In this document: positions 20,901-33,600 of the stretch, one piece after another
Position numbering within the stretch: the stretch's first letter is position 1
Layout of the letters: every line of letters starts with the position of its first letter
Assembly: GCA_964016885.1 (NCBI GenBank)
Contig: OZ024742.1
Coordinates: 30,628,001-30,692,000 of the forward strand
DNA: 64,000 nucleotides
Direction: 5' to 3'
Source of the DNA: Eledone cirrhosa
Lineage: Eukaryota
Program-made: the position numbers and the translations under genes
Notes under the pieces: generated by a model
Databases searched by the model: none
The model's input: the letters and a program-made list of their open reading frames with translations, nothing else
What the model was told of the DNA's origin: nothing

Positions 20901-23900
20901 CTCTCTCAGTCCTAAGTTGGTGTGGTCTCTCTCAGTCCTAAGTTGGTGTGATCTCTCTCAGTCCTAACTTGGTGTGGTCTTTCTCAGCCCTATCTTGGTG
21001 GGGTCTCTCTCAGTCCTAAGTTGGTGTGGCCTCTCTCAGTCCTAACTTGGTGTAGTCTCTCTCAGTCCTAATTTTGTGTAGTCTCTCTCAGTCCTAACTT
21101 GGTGTGGTCTCTCTCAGTCCTAACTTGGTGTGGTCTCTCTCAGTCCTAACTTGGTGTAGTCTCTCTCAGTCCTAGGTTGGTGTGGCCTCTCTCAGTCCTA
21201 ACTTGGTGTAGTCTCTCTCAGTCCTAGGTTGGTGTGGCCTCTCTCAGTCCTAACTTGGTGTAGTATCTCTCAGTCCTAAGTTGGTGTGGTCTCTCTCAGT
21301 CCTAACTTGGTGTAGTCTCTCTCAGTCCTTACTTAGTGTGGTCTCTCTCAGTCCTAACATGGTGTTGTCTCTCTCAGTCCTAACTTGGTGTGGTCTCTCT
21401 CAGTCCTAACTTAGAGTAGTCTCTCTCAGTCCTAACTTGCTGTGGTCTCTCTCAGTCGTAACTTGGTGTGGTCTCTCTCAGTCGTAACTTGGTGTGGTCT
21501 CTCTAAGTCCTAACTTGGTGTAGTCTCTCTCAGTCCTAACATGGTGTAGTCTCTCTCAGTCTTAACTTGGTGTAGTCTCTCTCTGTCTTAAGTTGGTGTG
21601 GTCTCTCTCAGTCCTAACTTGGTGTGGTCTCTCTCAGTCCTAAGTTGGTGTGGTCTCTCTCAGTCTTAACTTGGTGTAGTCTCTCTCAGTCCTAACTTGG
21701 TGTGGTCTCTCTCAGTCCTAACTTGGTGTAGTCTCTCTCAGTCCTAAGTTGGTGTGGTCTCTCTCAGTCCTAAGTTGGTGTGGTCTCTCTAATTCCTAAC
21801 TAGGTGTAGTCTCTTTCAGTCCTAAGTTGGTGTAGTCTCTTTCAGTCCTAACTTGGTGTAGTCTATCTAAGTCCTAAGTTGGTGTGGTCTCTCTCAGTCC
21901 TAACTTGGTGTAGTCTCTCTCAGTCCTAAGTTGGTGTGGTGTCTCTCAGTCCTAACTCGGTGTAGTCTCTCTCAGTCCGAACTTGGTGTGGTCTCTCGCA
22001 GTCCTAAGTTGGTGTAGTCTCTCTCGGTCCTAACTTGGTGAGTTCTCTCTCAGTCCGAACTTGGTGTAGTCTCTCTCAGTCCTTACTTAGTGTGGTCTGT
22101 CTCAGTCCTAACATGGTGTTGTCTCTCTCAGTCCTAACTTGGTGTGGTCTCTCTCAGTCCTAAGTTGGTGTGGTCTCTCTCAGTCCTAACTTGGTGTAGT
22201 CTCTCTCAGTCCTAAGTTGGTGTGGTCTCTCTCAGTCCTTACTTGGTGTAGTCTCTCTCAGTCCTAACTTGGTGTGGTCACCCTCAGTCCTAAGTTGGTG
22301 TGGTCTTTCTCAGTCCTAAGTTGGTTTGGTCTCTCTCAGTCCTAAGTTGGTGTGGTTTCTCTCAGTCCTAACTTTGTGATGTCTCTCTGAGTCCTTACTT
22401 GGTGTAGTCACTCTCAGTCCTAACTTGGTATAGTCTCCCTCAGTCGTAACTTGGTGTAGTCTCTCTCCGTCGTAAGTTGGTGTGGTCTCTCTCAGTCCTA
22501 AGTTGGTGTGGACTCTCTCAGTCCTAAGTTGGTGTGGTCACTCTCAGTCCTAAGTTGGTGTGGTCTCTCTCATTCCTAACTTGGTGTAGTCTCTTTCAGT
22601 CCTAAGTTGGTGTGTTCTCTCTCAGTCCTAACTTGGTGTGGTCTCTCTCATTCGTTACTTGGTGTAGTCTCTCTCAGTCCTAACTTGGTGTAGTCTCTCT
22701 CAATCCTAAGTTGGTGTGGTCTCCCTCAGTCCTAAGATGGTGTGGTCTCTCTCAGTCCTAAGTTGGTGTGGTCTATCTCAGTCCTAAGTTGGTGTGGTCT
22801 CTCTCAGTCCTAAGTTGGTGTGGTCTCTCTAAATCCTAACTTAGTGTGGTCACTCTCAGTCCTAAGTTGGTGTGGTCTTTCTCAGTCCTAACTTGGTGTG
22901 GTCTCTCTCAGTCCTTACTCAGTGTAGTCACTCTCAGTCCTAACTTGGTGTAGTCTCTCTCAGTCCTATGTTGGTGTGGTGTCTCTCAGTCTTAACTTGG
23001 TGTGGTCTCTCTCAGTCCTAACTTAGTGTAGTCTCTCTCAGTCATAAGTTGGTGTGGTCTCTCTCAGTCCTTACTTGGTGTAGTCTCTCTCAGTCCTAAC
23101 TTGGTGTGGTCTCCCTCAGTCCTAAGTTGGTGTGGTCTCTCTCAGTCCTAAGTTGGTGTGGTCTATCTCACTCCTAAGTTGGTGTGGTCTCTCTCAGTCC
23201 TAAGTTGGTGTGGTCTCTCTCATTCCTTACTTGGTGTAGTCTCTGTCAGTCCTAACTTGGTGTAGTCTCTCTCAGTCCTAAGTTGGTGTGGTGTCTCTCA
23301 GTCCTAACTTGGTGTAGTCTCTCTCAGTCCTAAGTTGGTGTCGTCTCTCTCAGGCCTAACTAGGTGTAGTCTCTCTCAGTCCAAAGTTGGTGTGGTCTCT
23401 CAGTCCTAAGTTGGTGTAGTCTCTCTCAGTCCGAACTTGGTGTGGTCTCTCTCAGTCCTAACTTGTTGTGGTCTCTCTCAGTCCTAAGTTTGTGCTCTCT
23501 CTCTCTCAGTCCTAACTTGGTGTGGTCTCTCTCAGTCCTAACTTGGTGTAGTCTCTCTACGCCTTAACTTGGTGTGGTCTCTCTCAGTCCTAACTTGGTG
23601 TGGTCTCGCTGATTCCTTACTTGGTGTAGTCACTGTCAGTCCTAACTTGGTATAGTCTCTCTCAGTCCTAAGTTCGTGCTGTCTCTCTCTCAGTCCTAAC
23701 TTGGTGTGGTCTCTCTCAGTCCTAACTTCGTGTGCTTTCTCTCAGTCCTAACTTGGTGTAGTCTCTCTCAGTCCTAACTTGGTGTGGTCTCTCTCAGTCC
23801 TAACTTGGTGTAGTCTCTCTCAGTCGTAACTTGGTGTGGTCTTTCTCAGTCCTAAGTTGGTTTGGTCTCTCTCAGTCCTAAGTTGGTGTGGTTTCTCTCA

Positions 23901-26900
23901 GTCCTAACTTTGTGATGTCTCTCTGAGTTTTTACTTGGTGTAGTCACTCTCAGTCCTAACTTGGTATAGTCTCCCTCAGTCGTAACTTGGTGTAGTCTCT
24001 CTCCGTCGTAAGTTGGTGTGGTCTCTCTCAGTCCTAAGTTGGTGTGGACTCTCTCAGTCCTAAGTTGGTGTGGTCACTCTCAGTCCTAAGTTGGTGTGGT
24101 CTCTCTCATTCCTAACTTGGTGTAGTCTCTTTCAGTCCTAAGTTGGTGTGTTCTCTCTCAGTCCTAACTTGGTGTGGTCTCTCTCATTCGTTACTTGGTG
24201 TAGTCTCTCTCAGTCCTAACTTGGTGTAGTCTCTCTCAATCCTAAGTTGGTGTGGTCTCCCTCAGTCCTAAGATGGTGTGGTCTCTCTCAGTCCTAAGTT
24301 GGTGTGGTCTATCTCAGTCCTAAGTTGGTGTGGTCTCTCTCAGTCCTAAGTTGGTGTGGTCTCTCTAAATCCTAACTTGGTGTGGTCACTCTCAGTCCTA
24401 AGTTGGTGTGGTCTTTCTCAGTCCTAACTTGGTGTGGTCTCTCTCAGTCCTTACTCAGTGTAGTCACTCTCAGTCCTAACTTGGTGTAGTCTCTCTCAGT
24501 CCTATGTTGGTGTGGTGTCTCTCAGTCTTAACTTGGTGTGGTCTCTCTCAGTCCTAACTTGGTGTAGTCTCTCTCAGTCCTAAGTTGGTGTGGTCTCTCT
24601 CAGTCCTACCTTGGTGTGGTCTCTCTCAGTCCTAACTTAGTGTAGTCTCTCTCAGTCATAAGTTGGTGTGGTCTCTCTCAGTCCTTACTTGGTGTAGTCT
24701 CTCTCAGTCCTAACTTGGTGTGGTCTCCCTCAGTCCTAAGTTGGTGTGGTCTCTCTCAGTCCTAAGTTGGTGTGGTCTATCTCACTCCTAAGTTGGTGTG
24801 GTCTCTCTCAGTCCTAAGTTGGTGTGGTCTCTCTCATTCCTTACTTGGTGTAGTCTCTGTCAGTCCTAACTTGGTGTAGTCTCTCTCAGTCCTAAGTTGG
24901 TGTGGTGTCTCTCAGTCCTAACTTGATGTAGTCTCTCTCAGTCCTAAGTTGGTGTCGTCTCTCTCAGGCCTAACTAGGTGTAGTCTCTCTCAGTCCAAAG
25001 TTGGTGTGGTCTCTCAGTCCTAAGTTGGTGTAGTCTCTCTCAGTCCGAACTTGGTGTGGTCTCTCTCAGTCCTAACTTGTTGTGGTCTCTCTCAGTCCTA
25101 AGTTTGTGCTCTCTCTCTCTCAGTCCTAACTTGGTGTGGTCTCTCTCAGTCCTAACTTGGTGTAGTCTCTCTACGCCTTAACTTGGTGTGGTCTCTCTCA
25201 GTCCTAACTTGGTGTGGTCTCGCTGATTCCTTACTTGGTGTAGTCACTGTCAGTCCTAACTTGGTATAGTCTCTCTCAGTCCTAAGTTCGTGCTGTCTCT
25301 CTCTCAGTCCTAACTTGGTGTGGTCTCTCTCAGTCCTAACTTCGTGTGCTTTCTCTCAGTCCTAACTTGGTGTAGTCTCTCTCAGTCCTAACTTGGTGTG
25401 GTCTCTCTCAGTCCTAACTTGGTGTAGTCTCTCTCAGTCGTAACTTGGTGTGGTCTCTCTATGTCCTAACTTGGTGTAGTCTCTCTTAGTCTTAACATGG
25501 TGTAGTCTCTCTCAGTCGTAACTTGGTGTAGTCTCTCTCAGTCCTATGTTCGTGCTGTCTCTCTCTCAGTCCTGACTCGGTGTAGTCTCTCTCAGTCCGA
25601 ACTTGGTGTGGTCTCTCGCAGTCCTAAGTTGGTGTAGTCTCTCTCGGTCCTAACTTGGTGAGTTCTCTCTCAGTCCTAACTTGGTGTAGTCTCTCTCAGT
25701 CCTTACTTAGTGTGGTCTCTCTCAGTCCTAACATGGTGTTGTCTCTCTCAGTCCTAACTTGGTGTAGTCTCTATCAGTCCTAACTTGGAGTAGTCTCTCT
25801 CAGTCGTAACTTGGTGTGGTCTCTCTAAGTCCTAACTTGGTGTAGTCTCTCTCAGTCCTAAGTTGGTGTGGTCTCTCTCAGTCTTAACTTGGTGTAGTCT
25901 CTCTCAGTCCTAACTTGGTGTGGTCTCTCTCAGTCCTAACTTGGTGTAGTCTCTCTGAGTCCTAAGTTGGTGTGGTCTCTCTCAGTCCTAAGTTGGTGTG
26001 GTCTCTCTCATTCCTAACTTAGTGTAGTCTCTTTCAGTCCTAAGTTGGTGTGTTCTCTCTCAGTCCTAACTTGGTGTAGTCTCTCTCATTCGTTACTTGG
26101 TGTGGTCTCTCTCATTCGTTACTTGGTGTAGTCTCTCTCAGTCCAAACTTGGTGTAGTCTCTCTCAGTCCTAAGTTGGTGTGGTGTCTCTCAGTCCTAAC
26201 TTGGTTTATCTCTCTCAGTCCTAAGTTGGTGTCGTCTCTCTCAGGCCTAACTAGGTGTAGTCTCTCTCAGTCGTAAGTTGGTGTGGTCTCTCTCAGTCCT
26301 AAGTTGATGTAGACTCTCTCAGTCCGAACTTGGTGTGGTCTCTCTCAGTCCTAACTTGTTGTGGTCTCTCTCAGTCCTAAGTTTGTGCTGTCTCTCTCTC
26401 AGTCCTAACTTGGTGTGGTCTCTCTCAGTCCTAACTTGGTGTAGTCTCACTACGTCCTAACTTGGTGTGGTCTCTCTCAGTCCTAACTTGGTGTGGTCTC
26501 TCTCAGTCCTAACTTGGTGTAGTCTCACTCAGTCCTAAGTTGGAGTGGTCTCTCTCAGTCCTAACTTGGTGTAGTCTCTCTCAGTCGTAACTTGGTGTGG
26601 TCTCTCTAAGTCCTAACTTGGTGTAGTCTCTCTCAGTCCTAACATGGTGTAGTCTCTCTCAGTCTTAACTTGGTGTAGTCTCTCTCAGTCCTTACTTGGT
26701 GTAGTCTCTCTCAGTCCTAACTTGGTGTGGTCTCCCTCAGTCCTAAGTTGGTGTGGTCTCTCTCAGTCCTAACTTGGTGTAGTCTCTCTCAGTCCTAAGT
26801 TGGTGTGGTCTCTCTCAGTCCTTACTTGGTGTAGTCTCTCTCAGTTCTAACTTGGTGTGGTCACCCTCAGTCCTAAGTTGGTGTGGTCTTTCTCAGTCCT

Positions 26901-27623
26901 AAGTTGGTTTGGTCTCTCTCAGTCCTAAGTTGGTGTGGTCTCTCTCAGTCCTAAGTTGGTGTGGTCTCTCTCAGTCCTAACTTTGTGATGTCTCTCTGAG
27001 TCCTTACTTGGTGTAGTCACTCTCAGTCCAAACTTGGTATAGTCTCCCTCAGTCGTAACTTGGTGTAGTCTCTCTCCGTCGTAATTTGGTGTGGTCTCTC
27101 TCAGTCCTAAGTTGGTGTGGACTCTCTCAGTCCTAAGTTGGTGTGGTCACTCTCAGTCCTAAGTTGGTGTGGTCTCTCTCATTCCTAACTTGGTGTAGTC
27201 TCTTTCAGTCCTAAGTTGGTGTGTTCTCTTTCAGTCCGAACTTGGTGTGGTCTCTCTCAGTCCTAACATGGTGTTGTCTCTCTCAGTCCTAACTTGGTGT
27301 GGTCTCTCTCAGTCCTAACTTGGAGTAGTCTCTCTCAGTCGTAACTTGGTGTGGTCTCTCTAAGTCCTAACTTGGTGTAGTCTCTCTCAGTCCTAAGTTG
27401 GTGTGGTCTCTCTCAGTCTTAACTTGGTGTAGTCTCTCTCAGTCCTAACTTGGTGTGGTCTCTCTCAGTCCTAACTTGGTGTAGTCTCTCTGAGTCCTAA
27501 GTTGGTGTGGTCTCTCTCAGTCCTAAGTTGGTGTGGTCTCTCTCATTCCTAACTTGGTGTAGTCTCTTTCAGTCCTAAGCTGGTGTGTTCTCTCTCAGTC
27601 CTAACTTGGTGTGGTCTCTCTCA
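8953..27623. repeat. Tandem segmental duplication within the satellite, period 9318 bp
   Basis: Rare markers recur at +9318: CCTATCTTGGTGGGG 11671/20989, TTGGTTTATC 16883/26201, GCTGGTGTGT 18261/27579. Identical ORF calls at 9542/18860. Confidence 0.93.
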
Positions 27624-30600
27624 TTCGTTACTTGGTGTAGTCTCTCTCAGTCCAAACTTGGTGTAGTCTCTCTCAGTCCTAAGTTGGTGTGGTGTCTCTC
27701 AGTCCTAACTTGGTGTAGTCTCTCTCAGTCCTAAGTTGGTGTCGTCTCTCTCAGGCCTAACTAGGTGTAGTCTCTCTCAGTCCTAAGTTGATGTAGACTC
27801 TCTCAGTCCGAACTTGGTGTGGTCTCTCTCAGTCCTAACTTGTTGTGGTCTCTCTCAGTCCTAAGTTTGTGCTGTCTCTCTCTCAGTCCTAACTTGGTGT
27901 GGTCTCTCTCAGTCCTAACTTGGTGTAGTCTCACTACGTCCTAACTTGGTGTGGTCTCTCTCAGTCCTAACTTGGTGTGGTCTCTCTCAGTCCTAACTTG
28001 GTGTAGTCTCACTCAGTCCTAAGTTGGTGTGGTCTCTCTCAGTCCTAACTTGGTGTAGTCTCTCTCAGTCGTAACTTGGTGTGGTCTCTCCTAGTCCTAA
28101 CTTGGTGTAGTCTCTCTCAGTCCTAACATGGTGTAGTCTCTCTCAGTCCTTACTTAGTGTGGTCTCTCTCAGTCCTAACATGGTGTTGTCTCTCTCAGTC
28201 CTAACTTGGTGTGGTCTCTCTCAGTCCTAACTTAGAGTAGTCTCTCTCAGTCCTAACTTGCTGTGGTCTCTCTCAGTCCTAACTTGTTGTGGTCTCTCTC
28301 AGTCCTAAGTTTGTGCTGTCTCTCTCTCAGTCCTAACTTGGTGTGGTCTCTCTCAGTCCTAACTTGGTGTAGTCTCACTACGTCCTAACTTGGTGTGGTC
28401 TCTCTCAGTCCTAACTTGGTGTGGTCTCTCTCAGTCCTAACTTGGTGTAGTCTCACTCAGTCCTAAGTTGGTGTAGTCTCTCTCAGTCCTAGGTTGGTGT
28501 GGCCTCTCTCAGTCCTAACTTGGTGTAGTATCTCTCAGTCCTAAGTTGGTGTGGTCTCTCTCAGTCCTAACTTGGTGTAGTCTCTCTCAGTCCTTACTTA
28601 GTGTGGTCTCTCTCAGTCCTAACATGGTGTTGTCTCTCTCAGTCCTAACTTGGTGTGGTCTCTCTCAGTCCTAACTTAGAGTAGTCTCTCTCAGTCCTAA
28701 CTTGCTGTGGTCTCTCTCAGTCCTAACTTGGTGTGGTCTCTCTCAGTCGTAACTTGGTGTGGTCTCTCTAAGTCCTAACTTGGTGTAGTCTCTCTCAGTC
28801 CTAACATGGTGTAGTCTCTCTCAGTCTTAACTTGGTGTAGTCTCTCTCTGTCTTAAGTTGGTGTGGTCTCTCTCAGTCCTAACTTGGTGTGGTCTCTCTC
28901 AGTCCTAAGTTGGTGTGGTCTCTCTCAGTCTTAACTTGGTGTAGTCTCTCTCAGTCCTAACTTGGTGTGGTCTCTCTCAGTCCTAACTTGGTGTAGTCTC
29001 TCTCAGTCCTAAGTTGGTGTGGTCTCTCTCAGTCCTAAGTTGGTGTGGTCTCTCTAATTCCTAACTAGGTGTAGTCTCTTTCAGTCCTAAGTTGGTGTGT
29101 TCTCTCTCAGTCCTAACTTGGTGTGGTCTCTCTCATTCGTTACTTGGTGTAGTCTCTCTACGTCCTAACTTGGTGTGGTCTCTCTCAGTCCTAACTTGGT
29201 GTGGCCTCTCTCAGTCCTAACTTGGTGTAGTCTCACTCAGTCCTAAGTTGGTGTGGTCTCTCTCAGTCCTAACTTGGTGTAGTCTCTCTCAGTCGTAACT
29301 TGGTGTGGTCTCTCTAAGTCCTAACTTGGTGTAGTCTCTCTCAGTCCTAACATGGTGTAGTCTCTCTCAGTCTTAACTTGGTGTAGTCTCTCTCAGTCCT
29401 TACTTGGTGTAGTCTCTCTCAGTCCTAAGTTGGTGTGGTCTCTCTCAGTCCTAAGTTGGTGTGGTCTCTCTCAGTCCTAACTTGATGTGGTCTCTCTCAG
29501 TCCTTACATGGTGTAGTCTCTCTCAGTCTTAACTTGGTGTAGTCTCTCTCAATCCTAAGTTGGAGTGGTCTCTCTCAGTCCTAACTTGGTGTAGTCTATC
29601 TAAGTCCTAAGTTGGTGTGGTCTCTCTCAGTCCTAACTTGGTGTAGTCTCTCTCAGTCCTAAGTTGGTGTGGTGTCTCTCAGTCCTAACTCGGTGTAGTC
29701 TCTCTCAGTCCGAACTTGGTGTGGTCTCTCTCAGTCCTAAGTTGGTGTAGTCTCTCTCGGTCCTAACTTGGTGAGTTCTCTCTCAGTCCGAACTTGGTGT
29801 AGTCTCTCTCAGTCCTTACTTAGTGTGGTCTGTCTCAGTCCTAACATGGTGTTGTCTCTCTCAGTCCTAACTTGGTGTGGTCTCTCTCAGTCCTAAGTTG
29901 GTGTGGTCTCTCTCAGTCCTAACTTGGTGTAGTCTCTCTCAGTCCTAAGTTGGTGTGGTCTCTCTCAGTCCTTACTTGGTGTAGTCTCTCTCAGTCCTAA
30001 CTTGGTGTGGTCACCCTCAGTCCTAAGTTGGTGTGGTCTTTCTCAGTCCTAAGTTGGTTTGGTCTCTCTCAGTCCTAAGTTGGTGTGGTCTCTCTCAGTC
30101 CTAACTTTGTGATGTCTCTCTGAGTCCTTACTTGGTGTAGTCACTCTCAGTCCTAACTTGGTATAGTCTCCCTCAGTCGTAACTTGGTGTAGTCTCTCTC
30201 CGTCGTAAGTTGGTGTGGTCTCTCTCAGTCCTAAGTTGGTGTGGACTCTCTCAGTCCTAAGTTGGTGTGGTCACTCTCAGTCCTAAGTTGGTGTGGTCTC
30301 TCTCATTCCTAACTTGGTGTAGTCTCTTTCAGTCCTAAGTTGGTGTGTTCTCTCTCAGTCCTAACTTGGTGTGGTCTCTCTCATTCGTTACTTGGTGTAG
30401 TCTCTCTCAGTCCTAACTTGGTGTAGTCTCTCTCAATCCTAAGTTGGTGTGGTCTCCCTCAGTCCTAAGATGGTGTGGTCTCTCTCAGTCCTAAGTTGGT
30501 GTGGTCTATCTCAGTCCTAAGTTGGTGTGGTCTCTCTCAGTCCTAAGTTGGTGTGGTCTCTCTAAATCCTAACTTGGTGTGGTCACTCTCAGTCCTAAGT

Positions 30601-33600
30601 TGGTGTGGTCTTTCTCAGTCCTAACTTGGTGTGGTCTCTCTCAGTCCTTACTCGGTGTAGTCACTCTCAGTCCTAACTTGGTGTAGTCTCTCTCAGTCCT
30701 ATGTTGGTGTGGTGTCTCTCAGTCTTAACTTGGTGTGGTCTCTCTCAGTCCTAACTTGGTGTAGTCTCTCTCAGTCCTAAGTTGGTGTGGTCTCTCTCAG
30801 TCCTACCTTGGTGTGGTCTCTCTCAGTCCTAACTTAGTGTAGTCTCTCTCAGTCATAAGTTGGTGTGGTCTCTCTCAGTCCTTACTTGGTGTAGTCTTTC
30901 TCAGTCCTAACTTGGTGTGGTCTCCCTCAGTCCTAAGTTGGTGTGGTCTCTCTCAGTCCTAAGTTGGTGTGGTCTATCTCACTCCTAAGTTGGTGTGGTC
31001 TCTCTCAGTCCTAAGTTGGTGTGGTCTCTCTCATTCCTTACTTGGTGTAGTCTCTGTCAGTCCTAACTTGGTGTAGTCTCTCTCAGTCCTAAGTTGGTGT
31101 GGTGTCTCTCAGTCCTAACTTGGTGTAGTCTCTCCCAGTCCTAAGTTGGTGTCGTCTCTCTCAGGCCTAACTAGGTGTAGTCTCTCTCAGTCCAAAGTTG
31201 GTGTGGTCTCTCAGTCCTAAGTTGGTGTAGTCTCTCTCAGTCCGAACTTGGTGTGGTCTCTCTCAGTCCTAACTTGTTGTGGTCTCTCTCAGTCCTAAGT
31301 TTGTGCTCTCTCTCTCTCAGTCCTAACTTGGTGTGGTCTCTCTCAGTCCTAACTTGGTGTAGTCTCTCTACGCCTTAACTTGGTGTGGTCTCTCTCAGTC
31401 CTAACTTGGTGTGGTCTCGCTGATTCCTTACTTGGTGTAGTCACTGTCAGTCCTAACTTGGTATAGTCTCTCTCAGTCCTAAGTTCGTGCTGTCTCTCTC
31501 TCAGTCCTAACTTGGTGTGGTCTCTCTCAGTCCTAACTTCGTGTGCTTTCTCTCAGTCCTAACTTGGTGTAGTCTCTCTCAGTCCTAACTTGGTGTGGTC
31601 TCTCTCAGTCCTAACTTGGTGTAGTCTCTCTCAGTCGTAACTTGGTGTGGTCTCTCTATGTCCTAACTTGGTGTAGTCTCTCTCAGTCTTAACATGGTGT
31701 AGTCTCTCTCAGTCGTAACTTGGTGTAGTCTCTCTCAGTCCTATGTTCGTGCTGTCACTCTCTCAGTCCTGACTCGGTGTAGTCTCTCTCAGTCCGAACT
31801 TGGTGTGGTCTCTCGCAGTCCTAAGTTGGTGTAGTCTCTCTCGGTCCTAACTTGGTGAGTTCTCTCTCAGTCCTAACTTGGTGTAGTCTCTCTCAGTCCT
31901 TACTTAGTGTGGTCTCTCTCAGTCCTAACATGGTGTTGTCTCTCTCAGTCCTAACTTGGTGTGGTCTCTCTCAGTCCTAACTTGGAGTAGTCTCTCTCAG
32001 TCGTAACTTGGTGTGGTCTCTCTAAGTCCTAACTTGGTGTAGTCTCTCTCAGTCCTAAGTTGGTGTGGTCTCTCTCAGTCTTAACTTGGTGTAGTCTCTC
32101 TCAGTCCTAACTTGGTGTGGTCTCTCTCAGTCCTAACTTGGTGTAGTCTCTCTGAGTCCTAAGTTGGTGTGGTCTCTCTCAGTCCTAAGTTGGTGTGGTC
32201 TCTCTCATTCCTAACTTAGTGTAGTCTCTTTCAGTCCTAAGTTGGTGTGTTCTCTCTCAGTCCTAACTTGGTGTGGTCTCTCTCATTCGTTACTTGGTGT
32301 AGTCTCTCTCAGTCCAAACTTGGTGTAGTCTCTCTCAGTCCTAAGTTGGTGTGGTGTCTCTCAGTCCTAACTTGGTTTATCTCTCTCAGTCCTAAGTTGG
32401 TGTCGTCTCTCTCAGGCCTAACTAGGTGTAGTCTCTCTCAGTCGTAAGTTGGTGTGGTCTCTCTCAGTCCTAAGTTGATGTAGACTCTCTCAGTCCGAAC
32501 TTGGTGTGGTCTCTCTCAGTCCTAACTTGTTGTGGTCTCTCTCAGTCCTAAGTTTGTGCTGTCTCTCTCTCAGTCCTAACTTGGTGTGGTCTCTCTCAGT
32601 CCTAACTTGGTGTAGTCTCACTACGTCCTAACTTGGTGTGGTCTCTCTCAGTCCTAACTTGGTGTGGTCTCTCTCAGTCCTAACTTGGTGTAGTCTCACT
32701 CAGTCCTAAGTTGGTGTGGTCTCTCTCAGTCCTAACTTGGTGTAGTCTCTCTCAGTCGTAACTTGGTGTGGTCTCTCTAAGTCCTAACTTGGTGTAGTCT
32801 CTCTCAGTCCTAACATGGTGTAGTCTCTCTCAGTCTTAACTTGGTGTAGTCTCTCTCAGTCCTTACTTGGTGTAGTCTCTCTCAGTCCTAACTTGGTGTG
32901 GTCTCCCTCAGTCCTAAGTTGGTGTGGTCTCTCTCAGTCCTAACTTGGTGTAGTCTCTCTCAGTCCTAAGTTGGTGTGGTCTCTCTCAGTCCTTACTTGG
33001 TGTAGTCTCTCTCAGTTCTAACTTGGTGTGGTCACCCTCAGTCCTAAGTTGGTGTGGTCTTTCTCAGTCCTAAGTTGGTTTGGTCTCTCTCAGTCCTAAG
33101 TTGGTGTGGTCTCTCTCAGTCCTAAGTTGGTGTGGTCTCTCTCAGTCCTAACTTTGTGATGTCTTTCTGAGTCCTTACTTGGTGTAGTCACTCTCAGTCC
33201 TAACTTGGTATAGTCTCCCTCAGTCGTAACTTGGTGTAGTCTCTCTCCGTCGTAAGTTGGTGTGGTCTCTCTCAGTCCTAAGTTGGTGTGGACTCTCTCA
33301 GTCCTAAGTTGGTGTGGTCACTCTCAGTCCTAAGTTGGTGTGGTCTCTCTCATTCCTAACTTGGTGTAGTCTCTTTCAGTCCTAAGTTGGTGTGTTCTCT
33401 TTCAGTCCTAACTTGGTGTGGTCTCTCTCATTCCTTACTTGGTGTAATCTCTCTCAGTCCTAACTTGGTGTAGTCTCTCTCAGTCCTAAGTTGGTGTGGT
33501 CTCCCTCAGTCCTAAGTTGGTGTAGTCTCTCTCAGTCCTAAGTTGGTGTGGTCTATCTCAGTCCTAAGTTGGTGTGGTCTCTCTCAGTCCTAAGTTGGTG

